A DNA stretch of 64,000 bases from Chitinophagales bacterium (GCA_947449695.1 CANFST010000004.1:22555-86554), one strand, 5' to 3'. Positions 29,418-37,293 are shown, counted from the stretch's first letter. Numbers and translations are program-made. The notes: a model not told the origin generated them from the letters alone.

Positions 29418-30656
29418 TTACTCTTTCACAAACTTAGCTGTATGCACAAAACCTTTTTCATCCGTAGCTTTTATAAAATAGATGCCGCTTGATAAATCAC
29501 TCACCTCTATTTGTATTGCATTTTCTAATCTACTCATCTTCAAATCTTCTAATTTTCTGCCTACCACATCATATACTTCTATTGTTTTTACTAATGACTG
29601 CTGATTGACTATTGTTAAATTGGTATTTGCTGGATTCGGATATACTTCCAACTGCCTATTGTTATTGGTTAATTGGTTGATGCCCACATTACTGACAATT
29701 ACTGTTACTGTGTCATAATAAGTAGTATTACAAATAGTGGATTGCAAAACATAAGTAGTGGTTTGCTGAGGTTGCACCCATATACCGCCTGTGTTTTGCT
29801 TAATAAGGCTACTGCCCACATACCAGTTATTTTGCACACCCGGCACTTGTTCTATACCTAAATACACACTATCACCTTTGGCTATGGTGGTATCCTTACC
29901 GGCGTAGGCACCGGCTTCAATGACAAATACATCGTCTATTAAATAACCACTGCCATATCCAGGATAACTTTGATTTATCAATATTGTATCTGTTAAAGAA
30001 TCTGAATGAAAATTACTAATAATAGCATATTTTTCGCTGCCATGAGCTTGATAAATACCAGCTATAGGTGTCCAGTTCATTGTATCTGTTATTACAGGAT
30101 TACCTTGCTTCATGATGTGTGATGGCAACTGAACTAAATCATGAAAATATTGTGTCCCACCATACGGACCAGCAGGTAAAGCTGTATCGCTTATGCTTAT
30201 GGCTATGTTATTACATGCAGTGTAATCAGAAAATAAATTAACATAAAAATAAACAATATAACAATTATTTGCTTTTAAAGTATCAGCAAAAGGTACTTGA
30301 ATATAATCTCTATAGTCAGCTCCTTTATTAAAATCATTAAACCACATACCAACCATTTTTTTTCCTGTTCTTGGGCATTGATAAGCTAAACCCGAAAAAA
30401 GCGGAGCTAAACATGATGAAGTTGAAGGAGCATCGGTATGAAAAATTTCTGCAAAGTTTGTAACTGGTGAATTCCAAGGTTTCGCCAAATGCATTCTCCC
30501 CCCCCAACATAATTCATTAAATGGGCTAGGAAAAGAATCAACAAGCTCAAAACTATAATTAGGAATAAGATTGGTTTGCGCTTTGCAGTTGACAGAATAA
30601 AATAAAAAAGCCAACAGCAACAGCTGCTGGCTTTTTTTAATAAAATTATTTATCAT
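29418..30656 (-). CDS. secreted protein with T9SS type A C-terminal sorting domain
   Basis: Signal peptide present. The C-terminal LEVYPNPANTNLTIV...SGIYFIKATDEKGFVHTAKFVKE is a T9SS CTD pattern. Confidence 0.7.
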   Translation of the reverse strand: MINNFIKKSQQLLLLAFLFYSVNCKAQTNLIPNYSFELVDSFPSPFNELCWGGRMHLAKPWNSPVTNFAEIFHTDAPSTSSCLAPLFSGLAYQCPRTGKKMVGMWFNDFNKGADYRDYIQVPFADTLKANNCYIVYFYVNLFSDYTACNNIAISISDTALPAGPYGGTQYFHDLVQLPSHIMKQGNPVITDTMNWTPIAGIYQAHGSEKYAIISNFHSDSLTDTILINQSYPGYGSGYLIDDVFVIEAGAYAGKDTTIAKGDSVYLGIEQVPGVQNNWYVGSSLIKQNTGGIWVQPQQTTTYVLQSTICNTTYYDTVTVIVSNVGINQLTNNNRQLEVYPNPANTNLTIVNQQSLVKTIEVYDVVGRKLEDLKMSRLENAIQIEVSDLSSGIYFIKATDEKGFVHTAKFVKE

Positions 30657-30753
30657 GTTGTATTACTATCTTTTTAAAACTTTTTTCATTATTGCTTGTA
30701 TTGGTCATACTTAATAAATAAGTACCGCTTTGCAAAGTACTTGTATTGCAGCC

Positions 30754-30814
30754 GTTGTCGGAGTTTGTCCTCCGACAACTTCCTTTGAATCGTTGGTGAA
30801 CAAACACCAACGAT
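30754..30814. repeat. two adjacent perfect 10-bp hairpins
   Basis: GTTGTCGGAG (30754-30763) pairs with CTCCGACAAC (30770-30779), loop TTTGTC. ATCGTTGGTG (30789-30798) pairs with CACCAACGAT (30805-30814), loop AACAAA. Confidence 0.9.
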
Positions 30815-30824
30815 GGCTGAACTT

Positions 30825-30987
30825 GTTTCCGTCAAGAAACATTTTGTTTCCACATGGAAACAACTTTTTTCCACATGGAAAACTTTCTTTTCCGCATGGA
30901 AAGATTTCTTTTCCGGATGGAAAAGTTTTATTTCCACCCGGAAACTTTTTGTTTCCGAACGCTAACAAGTTGTTTCCGAACGGAAAA
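30825..30987. repeat. tandem array of 8 units with an exact 21-nt period, each a TTTCC-N(4-6)-GGAAA dyad
   Basis: Unit starts are 30825, 30846, 30867, 30888, 30909, 30930, 30951 and 30972. In order the units read GTTTCCGTCAAGAAAC, GTTTCCACATGGAAAC, TTTTCCACATGGAAAA, TTTTCCGCATGGAAAG, TTTTCCGGATGGAAAA, ATTTCCACCCGGAAAC, GTTTCCGAACGCTAAC and GTTTCCGAACGGAAAA. Confidence 0.9.
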
Positions 30988-31004
30988 ATCACCCAGCTCG
31001 TCCT

Positions 31005-31057
31005 CCTCTGCCGCCGAGCCTTTGCGTTGCGGACGAGGATGCAGAGGCTTTTTGTTT
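31005..31057 (+). terminator. terminator-like GC-rich hairpin plus T-run on the plus strand, with no plus-strand gene upstream
   Basis: CCTCTGC (31005-31011) pairs with GCAGAGG (31041-31047), with an inner CCGC/GCGG pairing. CTTTTTGTTT follows at 31048-31057. Confidence 0.35.
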
Positions 31058-31252
31058 CTAACAAATTTATAATTTTTCATTCTTCTGGTCGGTATTTATT
31101 TTCGTCATAGATGAAATTCCACTTGCATCCTCGTTTCCTGCGCTCATATCGCTGCTACAAACGAGGCCGAGCTAGGAAAATTTGGCTCAGTTTAACTGCC
31201 ATTCTTTACTCGTTTTTTCACCTGCTTCAATTAATAAAATGACAGAAAAGTA

Positions 31253-32620
31253 TCAAAACAACAATTGATAAACCTGTTCCAATTTTGAACAAGTGATTAC
31301 TTCAATATTATATCTCGAGGTGTCTAATCCTTTTTTATTGTAAGATGAAATTACAATTTTTTCGAAGCCTAACTTATCAGCTTCGGCAATGCGTTGGTCT
31401 ATTTTATTTACAGCCCGTATTTCACCACTCAAGCCAACTTCGCCCACAAAACAAATGTTGGCAGCCAATGGTTTGTCTTCGTAACTACTTAATAATGCGC
31501 TACAAATTGCTAAATCTAAAGCTGGGTCATCAATCTTTAATCCGCCAGCTAGATTCACAAAAACATCTTTTGTTCCGAATGTAAATCCACCACGTTTTTC
31601 TAAAACAGCCAACAACATATTTAATCTTCGCAAATCAAAACCTGTTGCTGTGCGCTGCGGTGTGCTGAAATGCGTTTGCGTAACCAATGCTTGTGTTTCA
31701 ATCAACATTGGTCGTAGGCCTTCCATTGTTGCAGCGATTGCAATTCCACTCAATTGCTCTTCACGTTGTGTAATTAAAATTTCGCTTGGGTTATTTACCT
31801 GTCGCAAACCATTGGGTTGCATTTCATAAATGCCCAATTCACTGGTTGAACCAAATCTGTTTTTTAAAGTTCGTAAAATTCGGTAAGTATAATGTTGGTC
31901 GCCTTCAAACTGCAAAACCGTATCTACCATGTGTTCCAACACTTTTGGCCCAGCAATGCTACCATCTTTTGTAATATGCCCAATCAAAAAAACAGGCACA
32001 TTGGTTTCCTTTGCATAACGCTGCCATTCGCCTGTACACTCCCTAATTTGCGACACACTGCCCGGCGTTGATTCAATCAAATTGCTGTGCAAAGTTTGAA
32101 TAGAATCAATAATAATTACATCAGGCTGAATTTGTTCAAGTGCTTTAAATATATGCTGGGTGCAAGTTTCGGTGAGCAAATACATTTCTTGTTGCGATGA
32201 AATTCTATCAGCTCTCATTTTTATTTGCTGCTCACTTTCTTCACCGCTGATGTACAAAACCTTCTTGGGATGCAGTTGCAGAGCCAATTGCAAAAACAAA
32301 GTTGATTTGCCAATGCCCGGTTCGCCAGCCACTAAAACCAATGAACCTGGCACAATTCCACCGCCCAACACTCTGTTTAATTCAGCGTCGGGCGTAATTA
32401 ATTTGAATTCTAAACTCGGCACAATTTCATTCAAAGCCACAGGTTTGGCTATGGTGGCTGATTTCCGAACATCACTTTTCCATTCGTAAGGTTTTTGTTC
32501 TTTCGAAATTAATTCTTCCACAATCGTATTCCACTCACCACACGATGTGCAGCGCCCAACCCATTTAGAATAATTTGTGCCACAACTCTGGCAGCTATAA
32601 ACTGTTTTTGTTTTACTCAT
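31253..32620 (-). CDS. radA: DNA repair protein RadA/Sms
   Basis: N-terminal zinc finger CQSCGTNYSKWVGRCTSCGEW, Walker A GEPGIGKST, the KNRFG motif, and a Lon-like C-terminal domain. Confidence 0.92.
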   Translation of the reverse strand: MSKTKTVYSCQSCGTNYSKWVGRCTSCGEWNTIVEELISKEQKPYEWKSDVRKSATIAKPVALNEIVPSLEFKLITPDAELNRVLGGGIVPGSLVLVAGEPGIGKSTLFLQLALQLHPKKVLYISGEESEQQIKMRADRISSQQEMYLLTETCTQHIFKALEQIQPDVIIIDSIQTLHSNLIESTPGSVSQIRECTGEWQRYAKETNVPVFLIGHITKDGSIAGPKVLEHMVDTVLQFEGDQHYTYRILRTLKNRFGSTSELGIYEMQPNGLRQVNNPSEILITQREEQLSGIAIAATMEGLRPMLIETQALVTQTHFSTPQRTATGFDLRRLNMLLAVLEKRGGFTFGTKDVFVNLAGGLKIDDPALDLAICSALLSSYEDKPLAANICFVGEVGLSGEIRAVNKIDQRIAEADKLGFEKIVISSYNKKGLDTSRYNIEVITCSKLEQVYQLLF

Positions 32621-32625
32621 TTTTT

Positions 32626-33105
32626 TTAGTCCAATCTGCTTGTATCTTCCTTTTCAGAAAGTTCGGTAAAAAGTTTTCGAATTAATTTAAAATTATCGTA
32701 GCGGTATTCCTGCAACAATATTTGTTTGCCGGTTTTTAATACCAATAATAATTTTTCATTTTGAGAATCACCTTGGAGGGGTGAAATACCTTTAAAATTA
32801 GGATCTTTATAGATATCAGTTCGTAAATTTAAATCAGCTAAATCTTTATAATAAACTTTCTCTGTTTCAGATTTAAAACTATTTTTTATTTCAAAATACT
32901 CATTGTAAAAAGTGTAAGATGGGATGGTTAAATATTTCAAAATCAAATATCCATTGAATATTACCAAGGCAATTGATGAACTGTAGCCAATCCAATCATT
33001 AAAACTCAAAAACCAATTGATAACAAAAATGCTAATAATGGGAATCAGTATTGCTCCCAATAAAGTGGAAATACTTTTTTCAGATTTTAATACCGGTTCT
33101 TCCAT
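32626..33105 (-). CDS. hypothetical membrane protein (2 TM helices plus a soluble C-terminal domain)
   Basis: 159 aa ORF lying 5 nt upstream of radA on the same strand. No family recognised. Confidence 0.45.
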   Translation of the reverse strand: MEEPVLKSEKSISTLLGAILIPIISIFVINWFLSFNDWIGYSSSIALVIFNGYLILKYLTIPSYTFYNEYFEIKNSFKSETEKVYYKDLADLNLRTDIYKDPNFKGISPLQGDSQNEKLLLVLKTGKQILLQEYRYDNFKLIRKLFTELSEKEDTSRLD

Positions 33106-33116
33106 TTCTGTCTTTT

Positions 33117-33596
33117 TTATTTATTAATAAATTTAGGATGCTCCTTATACGACATGGTATAACCTAGGTAAATTGCAAAGCCATACAAAACAATACTTGA
33201 TGGACGAAGCCTGTCTAACATAGCATGAGCAATAAAACTCAATTCAGCATGACGTGAATCACCTGGAATAATTTCATTAATATCTGTATTGTAATTGGCA
33301 ATTAGAACATACAAAAAATTAGCAAAAAAACAACCGCAAAATGCAAAGAAGGCGCCCATCATCCCAAACCGTAATCCATAACCATTCCCTTTCACTTTAT
33401 GAATCACTTTGCCCACTAAATAACCAATCCCAGGCAACAAATAGCCAGCCCGATAAGCAATAAAAAAAACTAAAGCTACCCACACCAATGCTCCTACAAA
33501 GGCAGCAATGGCAGCGCCAATTATTGCCAACAAAACATTTCCTGGTTCATTGTTTTCTTTATCAATTGTATTAGCTGTATTGTCAGATTCTGTCAT
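33117..33596 (-). CDS. hypothetical polytopic membrane protein
   Basis: 159 aa with about 4 TM helices, 11 nt upstream of the previous gene. No family recognised. Confidence 0.45.
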   Translation of the reverse strand: MTESDNTANTIDKENNEPGNVLLAIIGAAIAAFVGALVWVALVFFIAYRAGYLLPGIGYLVGKVIHKVKGNGYGLRFGMMGAFFAFCGCFFANFLYVLIANYNTDINEIIPGDSRHAELSFIAHAMLDRLRPSSIVLYGFAIYLGYTMSYKEHPKFINK

Positions 33597-33713
33597 TTTT
33601 TAAAAATAATTCATCGGTTAAATTTGAAAGATAATTATTTCAGCCAATTCAAAAAAAATAATTGTGCTGCTTTATTTGTTGGTTATCTTGGTGGCTAATT
33701 TTAAAGCAAAAAT

Positions 33714-34304
33714 ATGTACGCCTATATCAAAGGAAAATTGGTAGAAAAAAATCCGGCATTTGTAATCCTCGATAACAATGGCATTGGTTATCTTATTAAT
33801 ATTTCCATAAACACTTATACCAAAATTCAAAATGAAACGGATGTAAAGCTGCATGTTCATCAGCAAATAACCGAAGATGCTCATACTTTTTATGGCTTTG
33901 CAGAAGAAAGTGAAAAGCAATTATTTCAGCAACTCATAAGCGTTTCGGGCGTTGGTTGCTCAACTGCCCGAATGATTTTATCAGCCATGCAAGCCAGCGA
34001 TATTCAGCAAGCCATTGTAAATGAAAATGTGAGTGTATTAGAAAAAGTAAAAGGCATTGGGCCAAAAACTGCCAAACGAATGATTTTAGAGCTGAAAGAT
34101 AAAATGATGAAAATGGGTGATGGCAAAGGTGTGCAACCATCGTCATTTGCACACAATAATATCCGAACTGAAGCGTTGAATGCCCTAATGGCATTGGGTT
34201 TTTCACGTGTGCAGGCAGATGCAAGTATTCAAAAAGCTATGAAAAACACACCTTCAGTTAATACAGTAGAAGCTTTGATTAAAGAAGCTTTGAGAACCAT
34301 GTAA
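33714..34304 (+). CDS. ruvA: Holliday junction branch migration protein RuvA
   Basis: MYAYIKGKLVEKNPAFVILDNNGIGYLINIS, HhH motifs (VSGVGCSTARMILS, VKGIGPKTAKRMILEL) and a C-terminal domain III. Confidence 0.9.
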   Translation: MYAYIKGKLVEKNPAFVILDNNGIGYLINISINTYTKIQNETDVKLHVHQQITEDAHTFYGFAEESEKQLFQQLISVSGVGCSTARMILSAMQASDIQQAIVNENVSVLEKVKGIGPKTAKRMILELKDKMMKMGDGKGVQPSSFAHNNIRTEALNALMALGFSRVQADASIQKAMKNTPSVNTVEALIKEALRTM

Positions 34305-34370
34305 TTGAATAAACAAAAAAAATATTAACTTGCTTTATATTCTATAAAATCTGAAAAGATTGTACAACTG

Positions 34371-36143
34371 ATGTTTCGAATATTGAAAATATTAATTCTG
34401 ATTTTATTTCCATTGCTCAGCTTTTCTCAAGCAGCGGTGCATTTGAATTGCGTAAGTAATTTACAAAATGGCGATGTGGTTATAAATTGGAATGTGCCTG
34501 CGCAACCTTGCCCTGCTGGGTGTTTTGTAGGGTATAATATTTTTGTATCAACCAATGGCGGAGCCTTTACTTTGTTAACCAATATTAATAATGCTGCAAC
34601 TACAACTTTCACACAAGTTGGTGCTGCAGGCGGAACCAACAATCTTAATTATTTTATTCAAACTGAATGCAATTGTGGTGGTGGTAGCATTTATGCCTAC
34701 TCCGACACAGTTAGTAATCAACAAATTCCAAAACCATCTATTAATTTCATTACTGCCAATAGTAATGGTACTACAATGAATTGGGCGCCGAGCACATCTA
34801 TTCAAACCTTTGCCTATATAGTTTATTTCTACGATCCATCATTATCGCAATATTTCATTTTGGATACAATTTATGGCTATAACAATACTACTTACACCGA
34901 TTTAATTCATAATCCGAATAATAGTTCTGTTGCACTCTCTGTAGCTGGAATGGATAGTTGTTTTTCATTAGGTCAATTTAACACAACGCCACAAAACACG
35001 ATATTTTTGCAGCTTTCACAAGACCGATGCAATCATGCCATTACTTTAAGCTGGAATGATTATAAAAACTGGCAGAAAGGAGTGAAGGAATATGAAATTT
35101 ATGAAAGCATGAATGGTGGTCCATTTGCAAAAGTTCAAACTTTAAATTCAGCTACACTTACTTATACTTTCAATAGTGTGCACGATGGTGATTCGCTTTG
35201 TTTTTTTGTAAAAGCCCGTGAAAATATTTTGAATGATACTTCTATTTCAAATGAGGTTTGCATAAAGATAAATGTGGTGCAGCCTCCAGCCTACACCATG
35301 TATCAAAACGCTTCTGTTTATCAAAACAATTCTGTGCAAATTACTTTTGTGCCTGATGTTACAGCTGATTTAAAATCGTTTAATATTTTACGAAGTACCA
35401 CTAATAGTAACTATAGTTTTATTCAATCAGTCAATTCTGCAAAACCTTTATTGTCACCTATTACCAACAATGATGGAACTGCGTTGGTTCATCAACAGGC
35501 GTTTTATTATTTTATTGAATCTGTTGATAGCTGCGGAAAAGTTTTTGCAGGTACGCATTGCAACACCATTTTTTTAAGTGGAGATATTGATGGCAATAAT
35601 TTAACTACTTTAAGATGGAATCCATTTCATGTTGATAGTGCAATTGTTCATTCTTATGATATTTTGCGAAGCAATAATGGTGGACAAACTTTTGTGCAAA
35701 TTGGAAATGTAGATTCTACAAAATTTATTTTCATTGATAATTTACAACAATATGCTACATCATCTGATAGCTTCTGTTATAGAGTAGAGGCGCATTTTAA
35801 CTTCGCCAATAAATTATTTGTACCAAGTAATAATATTAGTTTGTCAAATGATTGGTGTGCTCATTGTTATTCTGAATTTTTTGCACCAAACACAATTTTC
35901 CCGAAAGGAAAAAATAATTTGTTCAAACCCATCATCACTTTCCCCGATATTGAAAATTATCAAATGATTATTTTTAATCGTTATGGTGAAAAAATTTTTA
36001 TCAGTAATGATTACAGCACAGGCTGGAACGGCACTTTCAGCGGTACAGAAGTACCACAAGGCAACTATACTTATTTAATTACTTTCCAAAAACCTGATGG
36101 TAAAAAATTTGTACAGCAAGGAAATGTGGTGGTAATTTACTAA
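34371..36143 (+). CDS. secreted protein with gliding-motility-associated / T9SS type B C-terminal domain
   Basis: Signal peptide, then Ig/FN3-like repeats. The C-terminus is FAPNTIFPKGKNNLFKPI...MIIFNRYGEKIF...GWNGTFSGTEVPQGNYTYLITFQ (CHU_C-type). Confidence 0.7.
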   Translation: MFRILKILILILFPLLSFSQAAVHLNCVSNLQNGDVVINWNVPAQPCPAGCFVGYNIFVSTNGGAFTLLTNINNAATTTFTQVGAAGGTNNLNYFIQTECNCGGGSIYAYSDTVSNQQIPKPSINFITANSNGTTMNWAPSTSIQTFAYIVYFYDPSLSQYFILDTIYGYNNTTYTDLIHNPNNSSVALSVAGMDSCFSLGQFNTTPQNTIFLQLSQDRCNHAITLSWNDYKNWQKGVKEYEIYESMNGGPFAKVQTLNSATLTYTFNSVHDGDSLCFFVKARENILNDTSISNEVCIKINVVQPPAYTMYQNASVYQNNSVQITFVPDVTADLKSFNILRSTTNSNYSFIQSVNSAKPLLSPITNNDGTALVHQQAFYYFIESVDSCGKVFAGTHCNTIFLSGDIDGNNLTTLRWNPFHVDSAIVHSYDILRSNNGGQTFVQIGNVDSTKFIFIDNLQQYATSSDSFCYRVEAHFNFANKLFVPSNNISLSNDWCAHCYSEFFAPNTIFPKGKNNLFKPIITFPDIENYQMIIFNRYGEKIFISNDYSTGWNGTFSGTEVPQGNYTYLITFQKPDGKKFVQQGNVVVIY

Positions 36144-36145
36144 AT

Positions 36146-36180
36146 AAAAAAAATCCGCCAGGCAACCACAACCCAACGGA
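36146..36180 (-). terminator. possible minus-strand terminator (G-U-rich stem plus U8)
   Basis: The minus strand reads UCCGUUGGGU...GCCUGGCGGA followed by UUUUUUUU. About 10 pairs form, including 4 G-U, so the element works on the minus strand only. Confidence 0.4.
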
Positions 36181-36291
36181 CTTTCAAAAAGTGTTACTTT
36201 TTAATTATAACCTCAATGCAAACATACGTTGCTGAAGAGGCTTTAATTGTAAGCGTTCGCTCCCATTTTTTTAAGTTAAATTACTGATTGT

Positions 36292-37293
36292 TTAATCCAT
36301 CACTCTCACTTTCACTTTATAAGTGCCTGAGTTAGCAGCATTAAAAACTGTTTCATAAATAGCTAAATACAAAATGCCAGATGAATTAGCCTTACCTCTG
36401 TAGCTGGCTCCTGCTTTTGTGATTTGACCATTTTCGCCAATTTTAAAAACCACATGCCCATACGAAGGGGCATTGGTGCCGCCATCGCTGGGTGCTGGTG
36501 CGCCATTCACACCGCCATCGGGTGTGTATGAATTGTTTGAAAGGCTTGCCAATACTACTTTCCCGTTGGCGGTGATGATAACTGTTTTGCCTTCTTTCAC
36601 ATTGATACCCGTGTTAAAAAATCCACCATCAGCATTACCCGAAATATTTTTATTGGCGTTTAAAATGAAAGTTTTGGTATTGCCTTCATCAGGCATTTCG
36701 CTTGCAACATCAATGCTGATAATACTTTTGCGTTGCAATTCAATATTTCCGTAAGCAGTTTCTAACTGAATATTTCCTGAAAAATTACAAACGCCTTCTA
36801 CCAAATAATTGTCATCAAACTTTACCACGTCATCCATTGGAGATTTTTCATCCACATTATAAAACGAAACTAATTGCTGCAAAGCTGCTTCAACACTATA
36901 TTCGGCGCATGAGGTTGGGGTATAATTTTCGCTATTCATGTAATCTTTAATTACAGCAATTGCACTGGGCTCTTGCTGCATCAAGCTTTCAAAGGCACTT
37001 TTTTGCACTTCAGGTTTCATGTTATACAATTGGTCTAGCAATTTGGTGATGCCTTCTTTATCCAATTCAGGATTATAAATACCTACTTTAATATTGTTGA
37101 TAGCAGTAATTGGAAAAGCCAACGGACCGTAAGATGTGCTAACAATCAGCGTTCGGATAGATGTTGTACCCGAAATAACATCGCCATTTCGCATGTGAAC
37201 GGTGAAAGTAACTTTTTCTTTTTTTGTGGTTTTATCAGCAAAAACATGAGCAAATAAAAAAACTGAAAACAGCAACAAGAATATTTTTTTCAT
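36292..37293 (-). CDS. secreted hypothetical protein; the C-terminal ~120 aa may be PA-IL/LecA-like
   Basis: Signal peptide present. The C-terminal pattern TVIITANGKVV...PDGG...YGHVVFKIGENGQI...GILYLAIYE...NSGTYKVKVRV resembles the LecA jelly-roll layout. This is a visual impression only. Confidence 0.4.
   Translation of the reverse strand: MKKIFLLLFSVFLFAHVFADKTTKKEKVTFTVHMRNGDVISGTTSIRTLIVSTSYGPLAFPITAINNIKVGIYNPELDKEGITKLLDQLYNMKPEVQKSAFESLMQQEPSAIAVIKDYMNSENYTPTSCAEYSVEAALQQLVSFYNVDEKSPMDDVVKFDDNYLVEGVCNFSGNIQLETAYGNIELQRKSIISIDVASEMPDEGNTKTFILNANKNISGNADGGFFNTGINVKEGKTVIITANGKVVLASLSNNSYTPDGGVNGAPAPSDGGTNAPSYGHVVFKIGENGQITKAGASYRGKANSSGILYLAIYETVFNAANSGTYKVKVRVMD

Noticed and set aside
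30825-30987. The tandem repeat array could be a CRISPR.
   Set aside because: The units are contiguous with a 21-nt period and 5-nt linkers. There are no unique spacers, the repeats are diverged, and no cas genes are in the window.
30997-31047. The order CTCGTCC / CCTCTGC ... GGACGAG / GCAGAGG (A-B...A'-B') could be read as an H-type pseudoknot.
   Set aside because: The loop lengths of 1, 19 and 3 nt do not fit classical H-type geometry well. The same bases also support simpler nested or alternative hairpins. I report them as alternative pairings instead.
30689-31110. Four overlapping ORFs (30689-30937 minus, 30711-31064 minus, 30730-31110 plus, 30854-31072 plus) encode heptad repeats such as FPHGKxx, FPCGKxx and MExFxFR.
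   Set aside because: They exist only because the stop-free, dyad-symmetric 21-nt repeat stays open in several frames on both strands. At most one could be real, and all lack convincing starts; one begins with TTG. There are no adjacent maturation genes to support a repeat-peptide (RiPP-like) reading. I treat them as artefacts of a noncoding repeat.
30825-31124. The 21-nt array plus the adjacent AT-rich stretch could be a replication origin. TTTTCCACA at 30867-30875 fits the relaxed DnaA-box consensus TTWTNCACA, and dnaN is only 3 kb away.
   Set aside because: Only one or two of the eight units end in CACA. The conserved feature is the TTTCC/GGAAA dyad, not a 9-mer DnaA box. No dnaA gene is in the window, and I cannot compute GC skew here. 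It remains a low-probability alternative, testable by a cumulative GC-skew plot of the whole replicon.
33672-33920. Minus-strand ORF 33672-33920 overlaps the start of ruvA.
   Set aside because: It overlaps a confidently identified ruvA on the opposite strand. Its translation is Ile/Phe-rich, as expected from AT-rich antisense sequence.
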